In this document: in pieces, positions 12,028 to 24,970 of the stretch
Layout: every line of letters begins with the position of its first letter
How positions within the stretch are numbered: the stretch's first letter is position 1
Assembly: GCA_964016885.1 (NCBI GenBank)
Contig: CAXHJY010001509.1
Coordinates: 24,001 to 88,000, forward strand
Origin: Eledone cirrhosa
Taxonomy: Eukaryota
Length of the DNA: 64,000 nt
Reading direction: 5' to 3'
Position numbers and translations under genes: made by a program
The notes under the pieces: generated by a model
The model's input: only the letters and a program-made list of their open reading frames with translations
Told to the model about the DNA's origin: nothing
Databases searched by the model: none

Positions 12028-13582
12028 AGTGAGTGAGTGAGTGAGTGAGTGAGTGAGTGAGTGAGTGAGTGAGTGAGTGAGTGAGTGAGTGAGTGAGTGA
12101 GTGAGTGAGTGAGTGAGTGAGTGAGTGAGTGAGTGAGTGAGTGAGTGAGTGAGTGAGTGAGTGAGTGAGTGAGTGAGTGAGTGAGTGAGTGAGTGAGTGA
12201 GTGAGTGAGTGAGTGAGTGAGTGAGTGAGTGAGTGAGTGAGTGAGTGAGTGAGTGAGTGAGTGAGTGAGTGAGTGAGTGAGTGAGTGAGTGAGTGAGTGA
12301 GTGAGTGAGTGAGTGAGTGAGTGAGTGAGTGAGTGAGTGAGTGAGTGAGTGAGTGAGTGAGTGAGTGAGTGAGTGAGTGAGTGAGTGAGTGAGTGAGTGA
12401 GTGAGTGAGTGAGTGAGTGAGTGAGTGAGTGAGTGAGTGAGTGAGTGAGTGAGTGAGTGAGTGAGTGAGTGAGTGAGTGAGTGAGTGAGTGAGTGAGTGA
12501 GTGAGTGAGTGAGTGAGTGAGTGAGTGAGTGAGTGAGTGAGTGAGTGAGTGAGTGAGTGAGTGAGTGAGTGAGTGAGTGAGTGAGTGAGTGAGTGAGTGA
12601 GTGAGTGAGTGAGTGAGTGAGTGAGTGAGTGAGTGAGTGAGTGAGTGAGTGAGTGAGTGAGTGAGTGAGTGAGTGAGTGAGTGAGTGAGTGAGTGAGTGA
12701 GTGAGTGAGTGAGTGAGTGAGTGAGTGAGTGAGTGAGTGAGTGAGTGAGTGAGTGAGTGAGTGAGTGAGTGAGTGAGTGAGTGAGTGAGTGAGTGAGTGA
12801 GTGAGTGAGTGAGTGAGTGAGTGAGTGAGTGAGTGAGTGAGTGAGTGAGTGAGTGAGTGAGTGAGTGAGTGAGTGAGTGAGTGAGTGAGTGAGTGAGTGA
12901 GTGAGTGAGTGAGTGAGTGAGTGAGTGAGTGAGTGAGTGAGTGAGTGAGTGAGTGAGTGAGTGAGTGAGTGAGTGAGTGAGTGAGTGAGTGAGTGAGTGA
13001 GTGAGTGAGTGAGTGAGTGAGTGAGTGAGTGAGTGAGTGAGTGAGTGAGTGAGTGAGTGAGTGAGTGAGTGAGTGAGTGAGTGAGTGAGTGAGTGAGTGA
13101 GTGAGTGAGTGAGTGAGTGAGTGAGTGAGTGAGTGAGTGAGTGAGTGAGTGAGTGAGTGAGTGAGTGAGTGAGTGAGTGAGTGAGTGAGTGAGTGAGTGA
13201 GTGAGTGAGTGAGTGAGTGAGTGAGTGAGTGAGTGAGTGAGTGAGTGAGTGAGTGAGTGAGTGAGTGAGTGAGTGAGTGAGTGAGTGAGTGAGTGAGTGA
13301 GTGAGTGAGTGAGTGAGTGAGTGAGTGAGTGAGTGAGTGAGTGAGTGAGTGAGTGAGTGAGTGAGTGAGTGAGTGAGTGAGTGAGTGAGTGAGTGAGTGA
13401 GTGAGTGAGTGAGTGAGTGAGTGAGTGAGTGAGTGAGTGAGTGAGTGAGTGAGTGAGTGAGTGAGTGAGTGAGTGAGTGAGTGAGTGAGTGAGTGAGTGA
13501 GTGAGCGAGCGAGCGAGCGAGCGAGCGAGCGAGCGAGCGAGCGAGCGAGCGAGCGAGCGAGCGAGTGAGCGAGCGAGTGAGC
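12028..13582. repeat. ~1.5-kb perfect (GAGT)n ending in (GAGC)n
   Basis: Direct reading; source of the spurious HSLT ORF 11989-13722. Confidence 0.98.
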
Positions 13583-13599
13583 ATATATATATATATATG

Positions 13600-13817
13600 T
13601 ATAGTGTTAAAATGCTGGGAGTTTATATCCGTAGTAAGTCCAAAGAACGAGTTTGGTATAGAGTTAGTTCCACAACAATTTAGCAAACCATATTCGACGA
13701 TGCGCATTTCACCGATTTTCAACCTGTATATAGCCTAACCATACACAGGTTGAAAATCAGCTAGGTGAAATGCACGTCCTTGAGTATGGTTTGCTAATTT
13801 GTAGTGGAGCTAACTCT
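13600..13817. mobile_element. Fold-back element (family B) between TA microsatellites
   Basis: Inverted arms ~13660-13731 and ~13741-13817. atccgtagta...acgagtttggta..gttagttccacaacaatttagcaaaccata is shared with 60331-60454 and 40415-40470. Confidence 0.7.
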
Positions 13818-14919
13818 CTCTCTCATATATATATATATAAGAGTGTATAAATATTGGTTGCTTTTTCATTGTGGTACAAACACAGGCACCTATAGGGTGG
13901 ATGGGGTGTTTTTTGCCATTTCACCAGCACCATACAGAGTGGCCTAAGGCCTTGTTTGGGGTGTCAGGGCCATGGGAGAGCAGCTGAGGAACATGTTCAG
14001 CTTTCCAGACTTGTATTCATGGGCTGGAAAGTTAAATAGGTTGTTAACAGGTGGCCTAGAGGTCTAGATCACACAGCAGCCTGCCACTCACACATGATCC
14101 CATGCTCTATCAAGTGCATTAATTCCTTAAATTTATACTTTTAGGAATCTTTAATATAAAAAAAATGAATAGGGTATATTGGAAAACAAGAATAAAACAA
14201 TTACCATAACAATCAATAAGAATTGATAATTATACCTAAATAGAAATAGCAGTTAAGTAATGTTGTCATTTTGCCAATACAAAAGATTTACATATGTAAT
14301 ACATTCAGTTAAAAAAAACAAAAAACGGATGTAAATAGTGGAATTATAATTTCAATCTGGTGTCACTCCATTGACAATAGAAATATTGGAAAAATATTTA
14401 TAAAATGTATTTAGTTGATGGAAGATTTCAGTTGGGTTTTAGATATAGACAAAATACTTAAACTGTAAAAATAATTCTCAGTAAAAGCTTTATCTCACAT
14501 GATATCGAATCTATGAGATTTTGATATTTATTTTGAGAACAATACCTTAACATAAGTATGAGTGACTGTTTACAGTTGGTTTGAACTGAAAGCGGTGAGA
14601 AAACTGGATACAGCCAGTTTAAATGCTAAAGGGTTAATATGTATGGATATTTGTGAATGTGTATGAATGTGTGTATTCTATGCATATTCTATGCATCTGT
14701 GTGTCTAAGTGATTGCTTGTAACGTTATTATAGTTGAATCTGCTCTTTTCAAATAAGATATCAACTTGACATTTGATTGACACAATTCTTAGATTGTTGG
14801 ACAAACGCTATATCGTATTTTGTGATGATTCATTATGTTCTGAGTTCAAATCTTGCTGAGGTCAAATTCAAGTGAGCCCCTCCCCTCAGGTTGTTACAGG
14901 TTTCTATGTATAGTCTATA

Positions 14920-15098
14920 ATTGTTTCTACTATTGGCACAAGGCCAGCAATTACCCAGTACATTACTGGTACTTTATTTTATCGACCCCGTAAGGATGAA
15001 AGGCAAAGTTAACCTCGGCGGGATTTGAACTCAGAATGGCAAGGGCCGTAAATCTATGCGTCAAACAAGGCGTCTGGCCCTCTACCGATACTGCCAAT
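14920..15098 (-). mobile_element. tRNA-derived SINE (family S2, Deu/Nin-like core)
   Basis: Reverse of gagttcaaatcccgccgaggttaactttgcctttcatccttacggggtcgataaaataaagtaccag; same as 44351-44531. Confidence 0.9.
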
Positions 15099-15144
15099 TA
15101 ATCTATAATGCAACCTAGACATATGTGTATGGAGTCATGATAAA

Positions 15145-15228
15145 GGAGAGAAAGAAGGAATGAAAGAGAGAAAGAAAGAATGAAAGAGAGAAAGAAAGAA
15201 TGAAAGAGAAAGAAAGAAAGAAGAGGAG
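15145..15228. repeat. Purine-rich ~20-bp tandem (GAGAGAAAGAAAGAATGAAA)
   Basis: Direct reading. Confidence 0.8.
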
Positions 15229-15351
15229 GTCTGTCTACACCATCCATCACATACAGAACAAGAAAAATGACAGTTGATAGGGAATGTATAACTTCAATAC
15301 AGACTTGATCCAAAGTGACATGTATAACAATATATAACAATATATAACAAT

Positions 15352-16362
15352 ATGAGCTCTTTCAATTGCGCAGAGGGTTCTATAGAAATAGTGGACAGTT
15401 TCCGTTACCTGGGTGATAAAATCAGCAGTGGGGGAGGGTGCTCTGAAAGTACAGTAGCTAGAGTCAGGACTGGTTGGAAAAAGTTCAGAGAGCTTATACC
15501 ACTATTAGCTGCAAAAGGGTTCTCCCTAAAAATGAAAGGCAGGTTGTACGATGCCTGCATACGAACAGCAATGTTGCATGGCAGTGAGACCTGGGCATTG
15601 TGTGCAGAGGATATACGCAGACTAGAGAGGAACGAAGCTTGCATGCTCCGCTGGATGTGTAACAGTAATATACGTGAACGGCAAAGCATAAACGAACTAA
15701 GGAAAAAATTAGAAATAAGAGGGATCAAATGTTGTTTACTCGAGAGAAGGCTACGTTGGTATGGACACGTGATGCGCATGAAAGTCGATAGCTGTATAAC
15801 AAAGTGCAGGGCAATAAAGATAGACGGTAGCCACGGAATAGGCAGACCTAGAAAAACCTGGGACGAGCTGATAAACTCCGACCTCACACACTTACACCTC
15901 TCCAAGACAATGTCACTGGACCGAGACCTTTGGCGGTACTCAGTAACAGAGAAGACCCGCCTTACCTAAATACATAGTAAAACCTACTACAGCCAGTAGG
16001 CATCTCTAACAAAATACCCCCCCCCCCCCGTCCCACCACCCCCACCCCATCCACGCCACCCCGTTCTATGTAAAGTTGTGTTGGTGCCACACCATCCAGG
16101 CCGAAACAAAGGAGATCGTGTAGGTGTCACGACAAAAAAACACACAGTCCACGCTGTAATGTGGCCGTGTAGGCAACACGGTAAAAACCTCCCAGACCCA
16201 CACCGTAAATGTGGTTGGTGTTAGGAAGGGCATCCAAATGTAGAAAACCTGCCAGACAGTCCTATGCGAGCAAGACAATCACTCTTGCCTCAAGTGGGAC
16301 TACCCCCGTCCAAACCCATGCAAGCGTGGAACACGGACGTTAAACGTTGATGATGATGATGA
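15352..16362 (+). mobile_element. RTE LINE 3' end: open ORF C-terminus (15352-15969), 3' UTR and (TGA)n tail
   Basis: IEIVDSFRYLGD...RVRTGWKKFREL...KGRLYDACIRTAMLHGSETW...[11 protein letters not shown]...GRPRKTWDE...DRDLWR, typical of the RTE RT C-terminus. Confidence 0.95.
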
Positions 16363-16550
16363 GAGTTCTTCAGCTGGAAGAAAAATATATTTCAGTTTTC
16401 ATAATAGGTTCAAATATTTCATTTGCAGAATCTCTAATGACATTTCAGGGTGACCTCACATAACTGTGCCAAAACTTTCTTCCAAAAATCAAAGACTTCC
16501 TGAGTCCATCATTGCACACACCAAAAGTGATAATCTAGGCACCAAAAATG

Positions 16551-16597
<47 letters not shown>

Positions 16598-17033
16598 GGT
16601 ATGAATCGAAGTTGTAGCTGCCATATTAGAAAGTTATTTGAGGCAATCACAAAGCAATCAATGGATCAAAAAGCTAAACTGTATTGTCCGAAGTAAAACA
16701 GTTAAAAAGTATGATACCAAGAAAAACTACCAAATACAGTGGCCATACTTATACCACAACAAAGAATACAAAAAGGTATATATATTATACATACTATACT
16801 TAAAATTTCATACTGTTAACATGTTCTGGTATTCAATGAAAGGGTAGTTTTGAAATGGCTCCCCCACTATACAGTGGAGGCCATAACTGGACCCCAATAC
16901 CTAAGGTTGCACATACATGTTAAAAGTATGAAATTTCAAGTATACTAAATAAGCTCGCTTGTAATGGATTGAGTATTGTTTTTCTTGGCTTTTTAATTAC
17001 TGATACACACACATATCTATATATATATATATA

Positions 17034-17378
17034 GGAGGCACATGGCTTAGTGGTTAGAGCATTGGCCTTGCAATCGAAAGGTTGAGAGTTCAATTCTCAG
17101 ACCGGGTGATGTGTTGTTTCCTTGAGCAAGACACTTTATTTCACATTGCTCCAGTTTACTCAGCTGTAGAAATGAGATGATAGGGACTGGGTTCCATATC
17201 ATTCCACTGCAAAGTGGTCGTGGAGGTGCCACGGCAAAAAAGCACCCAGCACTCACTGTAAATGAGATTGGTGTTAGGAAGGGCATCCAGTTGTAGAAAT
17301 AAAGCCAAAATCAGTTCCCATCCCATCCTTGCAAGCAGGGAAAAGTGGACGTAAAATGAAATGATGAATGATGATGAT
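17034..17378 (+). mobile_element. Full-length SINE S1 in (TA)n
   Basis: A-box TGGCTTAGTGG, B-box GAGTTCAATTC, core, RTE-like tail and (TGA)n; TA on both flanks. Confidence 0.92.
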
Positions 17379-17603
17379 ATATATATATATATCAGGTAAA
17401 ACCAACATTAAAAAATGATAATGAAGATATATGTTAATACATGGTGTTAGAAATATATTAAAAAACTGTCAGTTTCATAGATATTATTGACAAAATCACA
17501 TACTCTTCATTATCAGAACTTCTACTTTAAATAATTGATCGTGAAACACTTTATCTGTGAATAAACAATGATGCTATATTGATACTTCTCTCTCGCTCAT
17601 TAT

Positions 17604-17639
<36 letters not shown>

Positions 17640-17866
17640 TTTGACAGGTTTCAGCTAATAGAAGCTGTGTGAAAATGAAATGCAAGTAGCAAAAAAAATA
17701 CTTTAAATAAAAAATGTACACCTGAGTTCCCGACTCCCTCATTTTCTCTAAAAAAAATGTTTGGGCATATTATACATCATATACTCTCACAAATATATAT
17801 ATATGTGTGCCACATATACATGTGTGCCACATATATATGTGTGTAAATTGATGCATCATATGAAAG

Positions 17867-17906
<40 letters not shown>

Positions 17907-18284
17907 GATAAAAATAATATCCTATTACCAGCTGTTTATCTGACATCTTCATAGTTTTGTACTTGTAAGACCGGACTACTAGTCCAGCTGTGTACAACTA
18001 TGTTAGAAATTTAGTTTAACACTGAGAATGGAAAAAAAGAACATATAACCAAGACAACTCAAAAAACAATTGTTGAGCATTGCAAAACAAAAGAATGTGC
18101 AATGAAAGGGCTGAGAAAAAAGGAAATGTTGGGTCAAGGATGTATTTTCAAGAGAGCATGTTTTGAACTTTGAAGTAGTAGAAAAACCACAACGATGAGG
18201 GACGGAATCATGGCAATAACAATAACAATTAAATTAATATTCTAGAGACAGACAGAGATATGTAGCCCAGTCATATAAGTATAT

Positions 18285-18674
18285 CATCATCATCATCATT
18301 ATCATTTTACGTCCGCTTTTCCCTGCTTGCAAGGGTTGGACGGGAACTGATTCTGGCTTGATTTCTACAGCTGGATGCCCTTCCTAACACCAACCTCATT
18401 TACAGTGAGTGCTGGGTGCTTTTTTTTCGGTGGCACCTACATGTCCACTTTACAGTGTGGGCTGGGTACTTTTTTGTTGTAGCACCTCCACGACCACTTT
18501 GCAGTGGAATGATAGGGACCCCAGTCCTATCATCTCATTTCTACAGCTGAGTAAACTGGAGCAATGTGAAATAAAGTGTCTTGCCCAAGGAAACAACATC
18601 ACCCGAACTGAGAATTGAACTCACAAACTTTCGATTGCAAAACCAATGCTCTAACCACTAAGCCATGTGCCTCC
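18285..18674 (-). mobile_element. Full-length SINE S1 (variant with internal ~48-bp duplication)
   Basis: Reverse match to 17034-17378; the tttacagtg..gctgggt.cttttt unit occurs twice. Confidence 0.92.
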
Positions 18675-19539
18675 ATATATTAAGGAAAATATATTAAGGA
18701 AAATTGCACAAAGACAGCATAATGAAGAAAATGAAACTTTCATCTCACTATTTTTCACTCATTCTCTCTCTCACATTAGATCCATCCAACAACTATTGTG
18801 TTTACTTATTGAAGAATTGCTGATCTCACATGTTTCTGCCATATACGAGGATATATAATGATCAACATATATAGATCATCGTCATGCTAGCAAGTGTTTA
18901 TATATATATATTTATACACACATACTTACATAGATATAAATGTATATGTATATGCATATATAATTTGATTGAGAAACTAGCCAATGGTTAAAAACAAGTA
19001 AATTCTATTTGTATATATAATTATTTATTTCTCTTGGTTCATCCAAATATAGGCAAATACGGAAAAATGCATAATTAATAATTTAGGAAATATTGGTTTG
19101 GCTAAATTTAATATCAAAATATATTTTCATTTCTTAACTCTCTAATGGCAAACATAGTAGCTGAACAAAACTAATGCCATATGTGTGTAAGCATATAATT
19201 TATACATCTGTTTTTCCTTGCTTGCAGTTGTTGAAAAATTGAAGAGCCAATTCTATAGCCAGATTCTATTCCTGCAATTGTTAATTTTATGTAAGGTGCA
19301 GATCTTTATACACATAGCCACTGAGAAGATGGATTTCTGTTTATTTGTATAAAATAATAACTGTGTGTGTGTGGTTTGTGGTGTATGTGTGTGTGTAGAC
19401 AATCTCTCTGTAAGATTGTGCTGGATTGAGTGCCTACCTGCTACATCAACATTTTACAGGGGCATGCATTGCTGTAACAGAATCAAAGATGGAAATACAG
19501 TGGTTTTTGATGTCATCACAAAGGTGTGATAGGTATGGG

Positions 19540-19870
19540 TACTGAATTTCATCATCAGAATGTTATGGATGATCCATTATATGGTCTCATGTGGGGTCAG
19601 GAAAGACTCAGACCTGTACAATGGTGAAGTAGGCTTGGCTACATGCTACGCATATCCACAAAGACACCAGTGTGGGAGGGGCACCCTCAAAGAGAAGCCA
19701 GAAGGCAAATCTATCAAGATCTGGTTGAGCTCTGTGGAAGCAGCTCTGATAGATGCAGGTCTGGCCTGGGAACAGGCTCTGACGTGGCTTGCAACCATAA
19801 AACATATAAAATTGAGATCTCTTATGCTCCATAAGGAGCATAAAGAACTAAAGAAGATGTATGTGTGAGG
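19540..19870 (+). mobile_element. Old degenerate RTE-like fragment
   Basis: ...LKEKPEGKSIKIWLSSVEAAL... resembles the RTE GRP..TW...V..DL motif; many mutations. Confidence 0.4.
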
Positions 19871-21240
19871 AAAAGATATATTTATATGTTGGTACACAGA
19901 TAAATAATGGTGAGAGCAGTTGTAGTGGTAGTATTGCTGAGATATTCAATGAAATTAAAAGACCACTAACCAGTTTAGTGTTGAGGCAACAAAAATATAA
20001 TATATGAAGTTATATTAGTGACTGAGAATTGATGGTTTGATTCAATTGAGATAACCAAATTTTCACTTACATTTTATTGTAAATATATTTAATGCTTAGA
20101 TGTCATTGGCACTACCATTGTAGACACCATCATTGCCATCACTATCAGCATCAACATCACCGTTTTCCTCATCCTCATTACCATTAATATCATCATGAAC
20201 ATCACCAACATATCGGTCTAATTCGACTAAAACATGCCCATAGCTGTATCTTACCCACACACAAAACTCAATTTTTTTCTTAGGGAGTTAGTGTGCATTA
20301 ATGTATGTAGGAGCTTGTGTGAATGTAGCTGGATTCATGTTATGAGTGTGCCTGTCTCTTTAGTACTTAAGTGTATATATGCATGATTACTTAATGTATG
20401 TGTGCATTTGTATGCCATATACATACATAACTGAAGGCATATCTTTAATCAATCAAATTCAAATTGTGAATCTTTGGAATTTTTTAGTAATCTTCACTGT
20501 AACACTATTCAATTGGCTTTGGAGAATGCGAGTCAGTTGATTTTCTTTCTTCAAAAACACCAAAATTCATGCAAATCTTTGGTTACATAGCCCAGAGCAT
20601 GTATGAGAACTACAAATGAAAACCTATAATCAGGTTAAAAGAATTGTAAATTCCACATTGATTCATTCTAGGTATTTTCTTTAAGTTCTCAACCATAAAA
20701 AATACCTTCCTATTCAGTGTGAAGTTAACCTACACCAGTGGGTTTACTTATCTTTCCTGTCCCATGGAGCAATATCAGGTTGTATTTGCACTAAATTGTT
20801 CTTTTTGTTGGAATGTTCAGTCAATATTCCTTATTTTTTTAAAGTGTGGATAAATTCTGGTTTTGGTTCTGGTTGTTGTGTTTCTTTATGTAATCATCAA
20901 GACAACCTTCTTGTTGATAAATATTGTAAATAGCCTTGGCACCTGTCATGGCTCATGTAAAAATAGTATCATCATCATTATCATCAATTCTTATTTATGT
21001 TCCACATAAACAGAGCTCTAACTGCTCAATGGTTAGATTCACAGTGGTTAGGATTGGCATCAGTAAGAGCATTTAGCTATAAAATTTTGCCTCAAAAATG
21101 TTTATCAAACCCATGCCAGCATAGAAAAATGGATGTACTAATGATGATGGTAAAAAAAAAAAATATATATATATATAGTTGTTGAATTGTAAGTATTGGT
21201 ATAAATACATTTAATGACACTATATTAATATAAATATAAT

Positions 21241-21327
21241 TGAGAGAGAGAGAGAGAAAGAGAGAGAAAGAGAGAAAGAGAGAAAGAGAGAGAAAGAGAG
21301 AGAAAGGGAGAGAAAGAGAGGGGGGGG
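21241..21327. repeat. (GA)n/(GAGAGAAA)n microsatellite
   Basis: Direct reading. Confidence 0.9.
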
Positions 21328-22130
21328 TCTGACTTAAAACAGGTGATTTAATAATATTTTTTTTAAATCAGATTAGTTAGCATAAAGAAGAATATAATAT
21401 CAAAATAATTTTTTAAAATAAAATTATTTTCAATATGAAAATCTTGTTGTTTATTAGAATTTCATCTTAGAAATTAATTAATATTTGTTGCTTCAGGTAT
21501 TAAAGATGAAAGTTTAGTTTAAACAAAAGTTTAAGCTGCAACAGCAATATATTATCAGCAGTTTTCATTTCTAGACATTTTTTGATTCCAGTGAATATCA
21601 GACAACTACCTGGCTGGTTCTGGCACCATGGTAAACTCCACTTAGTACAATCTGTAAAGAAGTTAATGATCAAACAGTGACAACATAGGGTAAGGAAAAT
21701 TCATTCTGTTGAGGGCATAGTCTCTTTGGTGTTATTCCATGATAAAAATGCGACCAGTTCAATCTATAAAGTGATTGATATTGATACTCGGAAAGGCACT
21801 AGGCCATAGGAACTGTACTAAAAATGGAATTTAGGAATGTGTTTAGGTCTCTCTACACATGAAGGGGAGCAGATATTCCAAATAAGAACTGACTTGGACT
21901 GAGATGGGTGGCCAAACACATGACAATAAAATGAAGATTATGATAAAGGTAGGGGTCATTTGAGACTGTGATAGTGACAAAGGTGATAAAATCATAGGGA
22001 GTTTGTAGGTTTAAAAAATTTAGTTAGCCACGAGGAACGAAAATATCTGCCATTTTGGACAAACATTCCTCAGACTTTTGCACTTATTATTATTGCAACT
22101 AAACTTACTGATCTCATTAAACTATCTTGA

Positions 22131-22306
22131 AAAAATATAATGTTGGCTTTGGTAGAATTTGAAGTCAGAATGTAGAATTTATAAAGTAGGTATGTATGGC
22201 TGTAGGGTTAAGGAGTGAAATTTTGTAGACATAAATTGCAGAAGCCTCTACTTCATAAATTCTACATTTTGACTTCAAATTCTACCAAAGCCAACAATAT
22301 ATTTTT
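22131..22306. repeat. Inverted repeat, ~58-bp arms with a ~58-nt spacer
   Basis: tgttggctttggtagaatttgaagtcagaatgtagaatttat / ataaattctacattttgacttcaaattctaccaaagccaaca. Confidence 0.85.
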
Positions 22307-22342
22307 ATACATTTGCATCATAGTTTAGCATGTTTTTCAGGC

Positions 22343-22380
<38 letters not shown>

Positions 22381-22382
<2 letters not shown>

Positions 22383-22860
22383 TCATCATCATCATCATCA
22401 TCATCATCGTTTAACGTCTATCTTCCACGCTAGCATGGGTTTAGACGGGAATTGTCCCACTTGAGGCAAGATTGGTCGTCTCACTCGTATGTTACTGTCT
22501 GGCAGGTTTTCTACGGCTGGAAGCCCTTTCTAACACCAACCACGTTTACACACATATATATATACATATATATATATAAATAAATAAATAAATAAATATA
22601 TATCACCTTGACCGACCAGTCTGTCGGGTGCCAATCGGCGCCGCTGGTCACAGCATGTCGTGCTGTTTTAGACATAAGATAACGCCATCCCACTGGCTGG
22701 GTGGGCAGGCTGGTACTCATTTCTAGAGCTGAGCAAACTGGAGCAACGTGAAATAAAGTGCCTTGCTCAAGGAAACAACACATCACCCGGTCCGAGAATT
22801 GAACTCTCAACCTTTCGATTGCAAGCCAAATGCTCTAACCACTAAGCCAAGCACCTTCAC
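22381..22860 (-). mobile_element. RTE 3' tail (22381-22550) plus S1-type SINE head/core (22603-22860), inside a TA tract flanked by inverted repeats
   Basis: Matches 16200-16360 and the S1 head. Flanks 22313-22350 and 22869-22906 are reverse complements. Confidence 0.85.
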
Positions 22861-23327
22861 ATATATATATATAGTAGCCTGAAAAACATGCTAAACTATG
22901 ATGCAAGTATGTATGTGTGTGTGTGTGTTTCTGCATTTACACTTGTGTATGCCTGTGTTTATGTCTCATAAGCAGTTAGACAAAAAGAAACTGATTAGAA
23001 CCTCTCTCGAAAAAGATAAGTCCTAGGGTTGATATGATTGACTAAAGCTAATAAATAATAAAAGTAAAATAATAAAAGAATTCTATTTAGCCATTCATCA
23101 ATTTCTGTCAGTCTGTTGACTTAAGTATATATCAAAAATACATTTAAGTTTAACATACATATGCATGTGTGTGTGCACGCATATGGATGCATATATGTTT
23201 GTGAATTTGTATATTTATATATGTATGTATATCTGTGTATATATATATATATATGTGTGCACCTGAAGCATATATGTTTGTATTACACATACATATATAC
23301 ATACACAATACAAACGTGTGCTTCAGG

Positions 23328-23370
<43 letters not shown>

Positions 23371-23740
23371 GTATATCTAACATCACAGAATTATATTATT
23401 GTATTTGAAAGCTTTTATATACTTCATCAACTTTTCTAAACATGCCACACAATAGATAATGTCTGTGTGGAAGGAAATATGAAAAGTCTCTCATCTCCTG
23501 TGTCCACAATCTGCTGTGAATGCTGAAGTCCCATTGTCTTCAGAATGAGATTCAATGACATATTTTAATCCTAAATTATTCTGCAAGTGTCATTCTTTTG
23601 TCAAGATTCTCTCAGGCAGGTTTTGTCTGTGTTTTTGATATCCGAAATAAATAAATGTTGATGTCTGTACTGTTTATATTTAGATATATATGTATATATA
23701 TATATATGTATATATAAGTATATATATATGAGTATATATA

Positions 23741-24367
23741 TCATCATCACTGTTTTACGTCCGTTCTTCCACGCTAGCATGGGTTAGACGGGTTGTCCTG
23801 TTGTGGGCAGTGTCTGGTCGGCTGACCATGCCTTGCTCATACAGGAACTGATTTTGCTTGATTTCTACAGCTGGATGCCCTTCCTAACACATGTCCACTT
23901 TACAGTGTGGGCTGGGTGCTTTTTTGCCATGGCACCTCCACGACCACCTTGCAGTGGGGGGTGTGGGGGCATATTGTCTATATGCTTCAGCTTGTACCCA
24001 TGGGAGGTCGGGTGCTCTGTATTACTGCGTGACGCCAGAGGTCACGGTCGTGTGTCATCGCCTTTGAGAGGTGTAATTGGGTAAGGTCGGCTTTTATCAC
24101 CTCATCCCAGGTCATCTTGGGTCTCCCCACTCTGCGGTTTCCATCGACTTCTAGTGCTCTGTACCTTTTTATGCAGCTGTCATCCTTCATACGCATCACA
24201 TGTCCATACCAACGCAACCACCTCTCCTGCACACAGCATTTGGTCCCTCTTATGCTCAGTCTCTCTCTCAATTCATTTATGCTTTGTCGTTCACGTATAT
24301 TACTATTACACATCCATCGGAGCATGCAGGCTTTGTTTCTCTCTAATCTACGTAAGTCTTCCACACA
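23741..24367 (-). mobile_element. RTE LINE 3' end (second subfamily) whose 3' UTR matches the S1 SINE tail
   Basis: ORF 23987-24364 ([14 protein letters not shown]...[15 protein letters not shown]...DRDLWR) runs into gtggtcgtggaggtgccatggcaaaaaagcacccagc...ttaggaagggcatccagctgtagaaatcaagc. Confidence 0.9.
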
Positions 24368-24499
24368 TATATATATATATGAAAACAGGGAGAAAGAGAC
24401 GATTATGAGGAAGAAAATTTTTTTTTTTTTTTTTCATATATATTTATATATATTTTCTCCGTTTTCATATATATATATCCTAACTCGTGTGCCTCCTCT

Positions 24500-24653
24500 C
24501 CACATTTTATTATTATACTTATATATATATAAACATATATATATATATACTTATATATATATATATATAAACATATATATATACTTATATATATATATAT
24601 ATAAACATATATATATACTTATATATATATATATATATATACATATATATATA

Positions 24654-24697
<44 letters not shown>

Positions 24698-24970
24698 TAT
24701 ATATATATATATATATAAGTATATATATATAATTATATATATATGTGTGTGTGTGTATGTATGTGTATGTGTGCGAGTGTGTGTGTGTATGTGTCTGTGT
24801 CTATGTGTGCGAGTGTGTGTGTGTGCGCGCGTGCACGTGTGTGTAGATATATAAATATATACACATATATATCACCATCAGATGACTATACACACACACA
24901 AACACACACACGCACATATATGTATACACACACACACGCACATATATATAAATACAGATATATAATATAT
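24500..24970. repeat. Compound (TA)n/(TG)n/(CA)n microsatellite
   Basis: Direct reading. Confidence 0.9.

Noticed and set aside
11989-13722. 577-aa HSLT-repeat ORF
   Set aside because: Translation of the (ACTC)n microsatellite; no coding features.
17034-17105. tRNA gene
   Set aside because: The A/B boxes belong to a multi-copy SINE head that continues into the SINE core; no proper acceptor stem.
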